In this document: positions 8,292-14,271 of the stretch, piece by piece
How the letters are laid out: each line of letters starts with the position of its first letter
How positions within the stretch are numbered: the first letter of the stretch is position 1
Virus genome (UHGV): UHGV-0141067
Direction: 5' to 3' (one strand)
Length of the DNA: 14,271 bases
Source: a virus
The notes under the pieces: generated by a model
Databases searched by the model: none
What the model saw: the letters and a program-made list of their open reading frames with translations, nothing else
Told to the model about the DNA's origin: nothing
Position numbers and translations under genes: made by a program

Positions 8292-8567
8292 TCACCTCCC
8301 AGAGCCTTGCTGATTGCTGCCTTGGCTCGTTTGTATTCGGTTAACTCTCTGCACCCTTCGTCATGCTCGTAAAGGAAGACAAGCTCTTGCAGTGCTTCAA
8401 GCAAATCAGGAGCTGCTGCTATCAGTAGCGCATCCTCCCTTTCATTTCTTGTTGCTGCTTCAATGTATGTGTCACCAATCGTCACACCATGGAACGTAGT
8501 CATCATCTCGTTGACGTTTCTAACCGTGTACTTCCATTTACCAGGCGTACCCTTAAACTCTTTCATA
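8288..8567 (-). CDS. Hypothetical phage protein
   Basis: Track ORF 8288..8572 starts at a GTG; the ATG at 8567 follows a GAGGTGG Shine-Dalgarno. Confidence 0.65.
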
Positions 8568-8574
8568 TCCACCT

Positions 8575-8614
8575 CTGTTGTTTATGCCAAAAATAAAGGC
8601 CGACTATGCGGCCT
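8575..8614. repeat. Copy 1 of a ~40-bp direct repeat containing a hairpin (terminator-like on the minus strand)
   Basis: ctgttgtttatgccaaaaataaaggccgactatgcggcct; stem aggccg/cggcct with loop actatg; a U-tract follows on the minus-strand transcript. Near-identical copy at 9118-9155. Confidence 0.8.
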
Positions 8615-9083
8615 AGTAGAATACCCAATTTTCTGTTTCTTGGTTGTGTCCAAAGTTATATTCAATATCTGGTGTTGATGTATCAATATTCTTCATCCCA
8701 TCAACAAGAGTTGATACAACAGCCAAATCTTGTTTGATTCTCATCAAATGGTATTTCTTCCGGCGCAATAAACTTTCAATGGCAAGTTTCTTCGTCGGGA
8801 ACGCAAAAGATCTTTCTGCATTTTTTGCTACTTTCTTAATTGCATATCTATTTCTCCTTTGTTTCCATTCCTGTAACCACTGATTTGGTGCTGGTTTAAA
8901 ATTAACAATCCAATGCGCAGGAACCAACCATGCATAATGCTCTGTCTGATGAAAAGCTATATATTGAAGTGCGAATATTTTGATTCCATCTTCTTCAACT
9001 GTCGCTTGGAATCTCCAGAAAACAGGCATTCCATCATGTTCAGTTTCTGATTCAGGAAAAGGTACGCTCCATGATTTTGTCAT
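8613..9083 (-). CDS. Hypothetical protein (156 aa) in the AT-rich insert
   Basis: ATG start preceded by ttatttgaGGTGAgat, the same RBS context as the next gene; visibly AT-rich; stop overlaps the hairpin repeat. Confidence 0.7.
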   Translation of the reverse strand: MTKSWSVPFPESETEHDGMPVFWRFQATVEEDGIKIFALQYIAFHQTEHYAWLVPAHWIVNFKPAPNQWLQEWKQRRNRYAIKKVAKNAERSFAFPTKKLAIESLLRRKKYHLMRIKQDLAVVSTLVDGMKNIDTSTPDIEYNFGHNQETENWVFY

Positions 9084-9117
9084 ATCTCACCTCAAATAAT
9101 TCAGTGCAGTGTTTATT

Positions 9118-9155
9118 CTGTTGTTTATGCCAAAAGAAGGCCGACTATGCGGCCT
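9118..9155. repeat. Copy 2 of the ~40-bp hairpin-containing direct repeat
   Basis: ctgttgtttatgccaaaagaaggccgactatgcggcct; same hairpin, lying just downstream (on the minus strand) of the 149-aa gene. Confidence 0.8.
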
Positions 9156-9159
9156 GAAA

Positions 9160-9609
9160 TTACTTAACCAATGATGCTGCATATTCGATAAGGTAAAGAT
9201 TTGGGGTCAGCCAAATTTTTAACCAAGTCATATTGGTTACTACACCAATAATAAAAATCCCCCACAGAGTCAAAACTACAACCAATGGCATGATAAGAAG
9301 ATTAATATCACCTTTGCTATCCCAAACCATTGTCGGCCTGTATTTGGGATTTCCTTTCTCCCATGAATATCCTTCATCACCGATTTTACCTGTCTCAACT
9401 CTTTGGCACTGCTTCTTCATAAACCAGAAAACCAGTGGGATTGTTAGAATGGCCATTAATGTTTTAATCAGACTGTCAACCATATTCCATAGCAGCAACT
9501 GATGAACAACATCAGGAATCTGTGCCTGGCTAAATGAAACAGCCGCGTCTATTCCATTACTGGCTTTTTGCAGTAGTTCTACGAGAATCTTGTTTGCTTG
9601 TTCTTCCAT
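9160..9609 (-). CDS. Putative inner-membrane protein with two predicted TM helices (possible superinfection-exclusion function)
   Basis: 149-aa ORF with ATG start and the duplicated ttatttgaGGTGAga RBS context; hydrophobic segments LIKTLMAILTIPLVFWFM and INLLIMPLVVVLTLWGIFIIGVV; AT-rich; sits next to N where lambdoid phages often carry sieB-type genes. Function is inferred from position only. Confidence 0.65.
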   Translation of the reverse strand: MEEQANKILVELLQKASNGIDAAVSFSQAQIPDVVHQLLLWNMVDSLIKTLMAILTIPLVFWFMKKQCQRVETGKIGDEGYSWEKGNPKYRPTMVWDSKGDINLLIMPLVVVLTLWGIFIIGVVTNMTWLKIWLTPNLYLIEYAASLVK

Positions 9610-9663
9610 ATCTCACCTCAAATAAGTGGTTTGCTGCGAAAGTAAATACGCTTAAGTTACCTG

Positions 9664-9801
9664 TTATTTATCCCACCAAGTTCCGTATCTATCTATCCAG
9701 TTACACCAATCATCGACACTCCATTTTGTTGTGTCGCATTTTGGCAACTGGCATGAATATCTACCTTCTTTGTAAAGTCGGCGTTTGACTTTCTTGAGCA
9801 T
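9664..9801 (-). CDS. Small Cys-containing hypothetical protein (45 aa; hand-translated)
   Basis: ATG at 9801 preceded by GAGGTGA; translation MLKKVKRRLYKEGRYSCQLPKCDTTKWSVDDWCNWIDRYGTWWDK; immediately downstream of N. Confidence 0.4.
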   Translation of the reverse strand: MLKKVKRRLYKEGRYSCQLPKCDTTKWSVDDWCNWIDRYGTWWDK

Positions 9802-9809
9802 GGCTCACC

Positions 9810-10142
9810 TCAATCGTAATAAGCTGGAATTGATTTTCCGCGTTGCTTCTGGCGGCCTGAGCAGGTCAACCCCATTTCACTGCGTGGCTTGCTGTACCAT
9901 GTGCGCTGATTCTTGCGCTCAATACGCTGCAGGTTGCTTTCAATCTGTTCGTGGTATTCAGCCAGCACCGTAAGGTCTATCGGATTCAGTGCGCTTTCTA
10001 CTCGTGATTTCGGTTTGCGATTCAGCGAGAGAATAGGGCGGTTAACTGGTTTTGCGCTTACCCCAACCAACAGGGGATTTGCTGCTTTCCATTGAACCTG
10101 TTTCTCTGCGCGACGTTCGCGGCGGCGTGTTTGTGCATCCAT
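9810..10142 (-). CDS. N: Antitermination protein N (lambda-like)
   Basis: 110-aa ORF MDAQTRRRERRAEKQVQWKAANPLLVGVSAKPVNRPILSLNRKPKSRVESALNPIDLTVLAEYH..., matching lambda N including the Arg-rich boxB-binding motif. Confidence 0.96.
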   Translation of the reverse strand: MDAQTRRRERRAEKQVQWKAANPLLVGVSAKPVNRPILSLNRKPKSRVESALNPIDLTVLAEYHEQIESNLQRIERKNQRTWYSKPRSEMGLTCSGRQKQRGKSIPAYYD

Positions 10143-10410
10143 CTGGATTCTCCTGTCAGTTAGCTTTGGTGGTGTGGTGGCTGGTAGTCTAGCTCCAGCT
10201 TGTTGAGTCTCATTCGGAGGGGTATAACCGGCACCCCAGCGATTTTTCCATGCGACAACGTGCGCGTTATGGCGGCCTTATCGCCCGCGGCTCCCCATCT
10301 CGTCCACGCTATTGCTAGCGTTGGGAGCGCTTCACCGCTCAACAGTAGGTAAGCACTTGCCAGTGACTAGCTGGCTTCACCACACCCCAAAGCCTTCTGC
10401 TTTGAATGCT

Positions 10411-10441
10411 GCCCTTCTTCAGGGCTAAATTTTTAAGAGCC
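10411..10441 (-). promoter_or_regulatory. nutL (boxA + boxB)
   Basis: Minus strand reads GGCTCTTAAAAATTTA GCCCTGAAGAAGGGC; the boxB hairpin is identical to lambda nutL boxB as I recall it, and boxA-like CTCTTAA is adjacent. Confidence 0.85.
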
Positions 10442-10480
10442 TCACCTTCATGGTGGTCAGTGCGTCCTGTTGATGGCTAG

Positions 10481-10509
10481 ATAATCACAAATTGTGTTCG
10501 TGCTGTCAA
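10481..10509 (-). promoter_or_regulatory. pL promoter (-35 TTGACA, 17-bp spacer, -10 GATTAT)
   Basis: On the minus strand TTGACA is the complement of 10504-10509 and GATTAT the complement of 10481-10486; positioned upstream of nutL and N. Confidence 0.65.
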
Positions 10510-10543
10510 CACGAAATGTGATTGTTTTTATCACAACACGTGT
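10486..10543. promoter_or_regulatory. oL operator: three CAC-N5-GTG palindromic sites
   Basis: cacaaattgtg (10486-10496), cacgaaatgtg (10510-10520), cacaacacgtg (10533-10543); centres spaced 24 and 23 bp; overlap the pL -10 and -35. Confidence 0.6.
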
Positions 10544-10573
10544 TTTCATTGATTTTTAAGGTAATTTAATTTT

Positions 10574-10605
10574 CTTTGGGCAACAAAAAACCCGCCGAAG
10601 CGGGT
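10574..10605. terminator. Intrinsic terminator downstream of cI (bidirectional appearance)
   Basis: Stem cccgc/gcggg with loop cgaa (10580-10593), flanked by A6 upstream and T-rich tttgatgttttt downstream; closes the cI transcript before the pL region. Confidence 0.7.
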
Positions 10606-10630
10606 TTGATGTTTTTAAGTGGCGGGTATA

Positions 10631-11272
10631 TCAGGAGAATTTCATCATCATCTGCACTGCTACGCCGATTATCTTGCAGTTGCCGTCGATTGGGATCAAC
10701 GGATAGGCAGGGTTAAGCCCTTTCAGGTATTTGTTACCGCCATCAATGATTAGCTTCTTGAACGTGGCTTCATTAGCATCTGTCAGCTTCGCAACTACCA
10801 GGCTTCCATTAACGGCTTCCTTTCCAGTGTCGAACAGAACCAGCATACCCTCAGGAACGCTAAGGCCGGTAGGAGCTGTCATTGAGTCGCCCTGAACCCT
10901 GAGCCAGAAGGCGTCACCGACAACGTGACAATCTGATTCATACCACTCATCCACTGCCTGAGGGTTGTACGGCTCTACGGCCTCACTCCATGCACCTGCG
11001 CTAACCCAGCTAATCAACGGAAACTTTTCCCCTGGCTTGTATTGTCCCTGATAGTTGTCGCCAAAAAGCAGTTCTGCCGGAGCGACGCCCAAAGCTTTAG
11101 CTATTACCTCTGCGTCATCAACACTAACGCTTCTGGTTCCTGATTCATAGTTGCCGATCCGAGATTGTGAAGCCCAGCCGCAAAGCTCCGCCAGAGCCTT
11201 CTGTGAAAGCCCTTTATCTTCCCGTAATCGCTTGATACGCGCGGCGATAGTTTCTGTTCTGTTCATGCGCAT
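10631..11272 (-). CDS. cI: CI-type prophage repressor (HTH N-terminal domain plus LexA/S24-like autocleaving C-terminal domain)
   Basis: 213-aa ORF; C-terminal half (KFPLISWVSAGAW...GDSM...VVAKLTDANEATFKKLIIDGGNKYLKGLNPAYPLIPIDGNCKIIGV) closely resembles the phage 434 repressor C-terminal domain as I recall it; N-terminus is a distinct HTH. Start could be the ATG at 11272 or 11266. Confidence 0.9.
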   Translation of the reverse strand: MRMNRTETIAARIKRLREDKGLSQKALAELCGWASQSRIGNYESGTRSVSVDDAEVIAKALGVAPAELLFGDNYQGQYKPGEKFPLISWVSAGAWSEAVEPYNPQAVDEWYESDCHVVGDAFWLRVQGDSMTAPTGLSVPEGMLVLFDTGKEAVNGSLVVAKLTDANEATFKKLIIDGGNKYLKGLNPAYPLIPIDGNCKIIGVAVQMMMKFS

Positions 11273-11278
11273 TTTATA

Positions 11279-11336
11279 TCACATTCCGTGGTTTAAGGCT
11301 TTACACGATTTGTGTTGACTATCAATCACAATATGT
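11279..11336. promoter_or_regulatory. oR operator: three CAC-N5-GTG sites (pRM/pR control region)
   Basis: cacattccgtg (11279-11289), cacgatttgtg (11303-11313), cacaatatgtg (11326-11336); same motif and spacing as oL. Confidence 0.6.
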
Positions 11337-11343
11337 GTTTAAT
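11314..11343 (+). promoter_or_regulatory. pR promoter (-35 TTGACT; -10 around TTTAAAT)
   Basis: TTGACT at 11314-11319 with a T/A-rich -10 candidate 17-19 bp downstream; overlaps operator sites; about 30 nt upstream of cro. Confidence 0.55.
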
Positions 11344-11376
11344 AAAGACTGAGTGAACTAGCTCTTAAGGAAACCT

Positions 11377-11592
11377 ATGAACAACATTGCCAACGAACGG
11401 AAAAAGCTTGGCATCACTCAATCTGCGTTAGCAGGCGCGTGTGGCTGGAACCAGTCCCGCTTAGCTAACTACGAGTCAGGTATCCGGACTCCAGATTTAG
11501 AGTCGTGCCGTCGCCTGGTAAAGGCGCTGAATAAATTGGGGAGCAAGACAACGCTAGATGGCTTGTTCCCGCCGGAACACAAAGCCGCTTAA
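11377..11592 (+). CDS. cro: Cro-like HTH repressor (XRE family)
   Basis: 71-aa ORF with ATG start and AAGGA Shine-Dalgarno; HTH pattern LGITQSALAGACGWNQSRLANYESG; first gene rightward from pR, divergent from cI. Confidence 0.85.
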   Translation: MNNIANERKKLGITQSALAGACGWNQSRLANYESGIRTPDLESCRRLVKALNKLGSKTTLDGLFPPEHKAA

Positions 11593-11600
11593 GACATTCC

Positions 11601-11632
11601 CGCTCTTACACATCCCAGCCCTGAAAAAGGGC
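11601..11632 (+). promoter_or_regulatory. nutR (boxA CGCTCTTACA + boxB GCCCTGAAAAAGGGC); tR1/cII-leader region follows
   Basis: Consensus boxA at 11601-11610 and boxB hairpin at 11618-11632; the sequence from here to the cII ATG appears essentially identical to the lambda nutR-tR1-cII leader as I recall it. Confidence 0.88.
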
Positions 11633-11711
11633 ATCAAATTAAACCACACCTATGGTGTATGCATTTATTTGCATACATTCAATCAATTGTTATCTAAGGA
11701 AATACTTACAT

Positions 11712-11990
11712 ATGCAACTTACAAGTACTCGCAAGAAAGCGAATGCAATTACAAGCAACATCCTGAATCGAATTGCTGTACGTGGTCAGCGAAAGGTTGC
11801 CGACGCGTTAGGGATTAATGAATCGCAAATTTCGCGATGGAAAGACAGCTTCATCCCAAAAATGGGAATGCTTCTGGCTGTTCTTGAATGGGGTGTTGAA
11901 GACGAGGAGTTGGCGGAACTGGCTAAGAAAGTAGCCAGAATGCTGACAAAAGAAAAAGCCCCGAAGAACGGCGAATTCTTCGAGGCCTGA
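11712..11990 (+). CDS. cII: CII transcriptional activator
   Basis: Start at the ATG at 11712 (lambda-like leader ...TAAGGAAATACTTACATATG); motif ESQISRWK...IPKMGMLLAVLEWGV matches lambda CII; the track's 11652 start would extend into nutR/tR1. Confidence 0.9.
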   Translation: MQLTSTRKKANAITSNILNRIAVRGQRKVADALGINESQISRWKDSFIPKMGMLLAVLEWGVEDEELAELAKKVARMLTKEKAPKNGEFFEA

Positions 11991-12014
11991 TGTAGAAAGA
12001 CTGGATCAATCCAC
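11950..12014 (-). ncRNA. oop: oop-like antisense RNA overlapping the cII 3' end
   Basis: On the minus strand: -10-like CATAAT (complement of 12022-12027), a 5' region resembling lambda oop (GAUUGAUCCAGU), and an intrinsic terminator (stem cgaagaa/ttcttcg, 11962-11982, plus U-tract) inside the cII 3' end. Confidence 0.55.
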
Positions 12015-12024
12015 AGGAGTAATT

Positions 12025-12669
12025 ATGACATACGAAAATGACAAATTCCAGGTTCTGAAGAGCATGAAGGTGCCAGATGATTTTAAATCAAATGGCTTTG
12101 TTTATGTGCTTTCTAATGAGTGCATGCCAGGAATTTATAAGATTGGGATGACTAAGCATTCACCAGAAGTTAGGGCTAAAGAAATTTCAGCCTCTACTGG
12201 CGTTCCTAAGCCATTTAAGGTGATAGCAGCCTTTCATTCAAATAATCCCGCATCAGATGAAAAACTCATTCATAAAGCCTTTGCAAAAGAGAGGCTTAGT
12301 GATAATCGAGAGTTTTTCAAGCTTGAAGATAATGAGCTTTCTGAATCTCTAAATGAAATAAGGGCGCTGGTTGGCCCTGAAAGAAATGGCGAGACGGCAG
12401 AATACGCAATTTACGACTCATTCATTTCTTTTCGCCATGAAAATGAGCTTGATCTTAATGAGGAGCTTATAGAGCAAGGTCTGGGTAGTGTAGTTGGTCA
12501 TCTTCCTGCGGTGAAAAATTTCCTTATTCGCGCCGGAATTGATTACGCGAAGCAACTGATAAGCAAATATAACTCATCGATAGTTATTAATACAGATGGC
12601 AGTGTGGTGATGGTTAAGTCTCTTGAAGCCCAATGCTTTGATGCGGAGGTTGGAAATGAGCCTGGCTGA
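12025..12669 (+). CDS. T5orf172 (GIY-YIG-like) domain protein; AT-rich insert between cII and O
   Basis: 214-aa ORF with ATG start after a CAGGAG Shine-Dalgarno; N-terminal GFVYVLSNECMPGIYKIGMTKHSPEVRAKEISASTGVPKPFKV...NREFF fits the T5orf172 domain pattern as I recall it; C-terminal ~100 aa unassigned. Confidence 0.8.
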   Translation: MTYENDKFQVLKSMKVPDDFKSNGFVYVLSNECMPGIYKIGMTKHSPEVRAKEISASTGVPKPFKVIAAFHSNNPASDEKLIHKAFAKERLSDNREFFKLEDNELSESLNEIRALVGPERNGETAEYAIYDSFISFRHENELDLNEELIEQGLGSVVGHLPAVKNFLIRAGIDYAKQLISKYNSSIVINTDGSVVMVKSLEAQCFDAEVGNEPG

Positions 12670-13498
12670 AGTATTTTACCTGTCGAAGAGTGAACCTGTT
12701 GAACAGGAGCGAAGAGTGGCTGATATCGATGATGGTTACACCAGATTCGCTAACGAGCTGCTGGAAGCTATCGCAAGTGCTGATTTAACCGCTCGCCAGT
12801 TGAAAGTTATGCTGGCCTACGTCCGGAAAACATATGGATTCAATAAGAAAACAGATCGAATAGCCGATGAGCAAATTGCTCAGTTAACAGGACTGTCAAG
12901 GCAGAATGTTAACAAGGCTAAAAAAGAACTGATTTCAATGAATTGCCTGTTTATGGATGGAAATCAAATCGGTGTAAACAGTGAGGTATCTGCGTGGCAA
13001 TTCAGCAAGTGTCTCCAAGTTAGCAACTTTGTCTCGAAGTTAGAGACAAAAAATGTCTCCAAATTAGAGACACTCAATGTCTCGAAGTTAGAGACACACA
13101 AAAGACATTCTTTAAAGACAAAAGAAAATATTAATAAACCCCCTATATCCCCCAAAAAAGTTTCTCAGAAGTTCGACCCGCTAGAAACAGAGTTGCCTGA
13201 TTGGTTATCAGCAGAAACATGGTTGTCGTGGGTTACCTATCGCAAGGAGATAGGTAAGTCGATCAAGTCTAAGCAAAGTGTCACTCAGGCTATCAACGTT
13301 CTAAGCAGAAGTCTGGAGAAGGGATATACACCTGAAGAAATTATAAACCAGAGCATCGCCAGTGGTTGGCAGGGGATTTTTGAACCCAAGACTCCAAAGG
13401 GGAAATCTCAACCGAGGCCGCAGCAGCGAGCTATGCAGGAAAACTTTGCCGCCAAAGATTACGGGCAAACTGAAATGCCTTCATGGGCGCAGGAGTGA
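12656..13498 (+). CDS. O: Replication initiator O (lambda O-like, with internal origin)
   Basis: Start at the ATG at 12656 (GGAGG Shine-Dalgarno); N-terminal ...QERRVADIDDGYTRFANELLEA...RQLKVMLAYVRKTYGFNK aligns with lambda O as I recall it; the iteron region translates as SKLETKNVSKLETLNVSKLET. Confidence 0.9.
   Translation: MSLAEVFYLSKSEPVEQERRVADIDDGYTRFANELLEAIASADLTARQLKVMLAYVRKTYGFNKKTDRIADEQIAQLTGLSRQNVNKAKKELISMNCLFMDGNQIGVNSEVSAWQFSKCLQVSNFVSKLETKNVSKLETLNVSKLETHKRHSLKTKENINKPPISPKKVSQKFDPLETELPDWLSAETWLSWVTYRKEIGKSIKSKQSVTQAINVLSRSLEKGYTPEEIINQSIASGWQGIFEPKTPKGKSQPRPQQRAMQENFAAKDYGQTEMPSWAQE
13010..13096. repeat. Replication origin iterons (four ~19-bp repeats TGTCTC-N7-GAGACA-like) inside O, followed by an A/T-rich tract
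   Basis: Iterons at about 13010-13027, 13030-13048, 13054-13072 and 13078-13096 with ~24-bp periodicity; AT-rich region 13097-13165; same architecture as lambda ori. Confidence 0.8.
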
Positions 13499-13500
13499 AT

Positions 13501-14220
13501 ATGAATACGACAAATGGTTACAATCTGGCACTGCAAAGGCAACTTGTAGACTCAAAAATCAATGACATTTCTGATCTGAAACAGAAACTTGAGTTTAGCA
13601 AAATTGGATCAGCATCAGATGGAATGTCAGTTACCAGCACAGTGGAAGAGTGCGAGAAACACGGTAAATATACTTCCTATGAGAAATATCTGACCATCTC
13701 AGGAAAAAGAATTACTTCAAGTAAATCTGAGTGCCCACAGTGCCTTGAGGAGAAAATTCGTAAGAAAGAGATTGAACGTGAGCAGGCAGAACAAAGAGCA
13801 AGACAATCAAAAATTGAATATTTGTTGAATTCTCTCAATATTCCAGAGAGGTTCAAAAATTGCACTCTTCAGAATTATGAGCCTGTTAACGATGATGCAA
13901 AGCGAGTTCTTAAGGTATGCCAGGCATATGCCAGTAAGTGGCCTGAACGCCTTCAGAAAGGTGGCGGACTGGTCATGTGTGGTAAGCCTGGAACTGGAAA
14001 GAACCACCTTGCACTGGCTATCGCTAGGCACGCCATTATCGAGCATCAAAGCTCTGTGATATTTACCACTGCGTTGAAAATTGCCAGAGAGTACAAATCA
14101 ACATGGTCTAAGGCCGCAACCAGAACTGAAGAAGAAGTCATTAGGCAATTTACGCATCCTGACTTGTTAATAATCGATGAGGTTGGCGTGCAGTTCGGCA
14201 GTGATGCTGAAAAGCTGTAA
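13501..14220 (+). CDS. DnaC-like AAA+ helicase loader (replication protein); C-terminus possibly truncated
   Basis: ATG at 13501 after AGGAGTG, overlapping the O stop; Walker A GKPGTGKNHLA and Walker B LLIIDEVG; the ORF ends only 14 aa after Walker B. Confidence 0.8.
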   Translation: MNTTNGYNLALQRQLVDSKINDISDLKQKLEFSKIGSASDGMSVTSTVEECEKHGKYTSYEKYLTISGKRITSSKSECPQCLEEKIRKKEIEREQAEQRARQSKIEYLLNSLNIPERFKNCTLQNYEPVNDDAKRVLKVCQAYASKWPERLQKGGGLVMCGKPGTGKNHLALAIARHAIIEHQSSVIFTTALKIAREYKSTWSKAATRTEEEVIRQFTHPDLLIIDEVGVQFGSDAEKL

Positions 14221-14271
14221 GCGTGCAGTGAGAACCGTATTGACGAAGTGAAGCTGGTCAGGCAGGCAGAG

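Larger units (their letters stand above)
47..14271. mobile_element. Lambdoid prophage, left end (attL through replication genes); continues beyond the window
   Basis: Canonical lambdoid order attL-int-xis-(early left genes)-cIII-N-pL-cI-pR-cro-cII-O-helicase loader, with leftward genes on the minus strand and cro/cII/O on the plus strand. Confidence 0.95.

Noticed and set aside
8613-9609. Assigning the 149-aa membrane protein as SieB outright
   Set aside because: I cannot recall a SieB sequence well enough to assert homology; only position and membrane topology support it, so it is kept as a hypothesis.
10160-10342. 60-aa minus-strand ORF inside the N leader
   Set aside because: It begins at a TTG with no Shine-Dalgarno, the first in-frame ATG leaves only 17 codons, and it lies within the pL leader RNA between nutL and N.
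11652-11711. Extended N-terminus of the cII ORF (112-aa version)
   Set aside because: The extension runs through nutR boxB and the tR1 region; the lambda-like leader places the real ATG at 11712.
12623-12655. Upstream ATG for O (291-aa version)
   Set aside because: The ATG at 12656 has a strong GGAGG Shine-Dalgarno and gives an N-terminus that aligns with lambda O; the upstream ATG lies inside the preceding gene with no RBS.
13010-13096. Tandem short repeats that could be mistaken for a CRISPR array or a coding tandem repeat
   Set aside because: Only four repeats, palindromic, with ~5-bp spacers inside the O gene and an adjacent AT-rich tract: the lambdoid ori iteron arrangement, not CRISPR.

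Overview
This window is the left end of an integrated lambdoid prophage, starting about 46 bp inside host DNA at a lambda-type attL. Reading left to right: attL core and P' arm; int and xis (minus strand, lambda-like); a run of leftward early-left accessory genes (Zn-ribbon/coiled-coil protein, DUF551-domain protein, Ea22-like proteins, HNH endonuclease); a recombination module of Rad52-family annealing protein plus SSB in place of lambda exo/bet/gam; kil and cIII; a long charged coiled-coil protein; an AT-rich two-gene insert with duplicated RBS and terminator flanks; N with nutL; pL/oL; a cI repressor with a 434-like C-terminal domain and no rexAB; pR/oR; cro; nutR; cII with an oop-like antisense RNA; an AT-rich T5orf172 (GIY-YIG-like) gene inserted between cII and O; O with internal ori iterons; and a DnaC-like helicase loader. 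The two AT-rich inserts are the best candidates for undescribed accessory or exclusion functions. All homology calls rest on reading the translations and on remembered lambda, 434 and DnaC sequences; no database search was run. The ORF track uses GTG/TTG as well as ATG starts, so several starts were re-placed at ATG/GTG codons with a Shine-Dalgarno.
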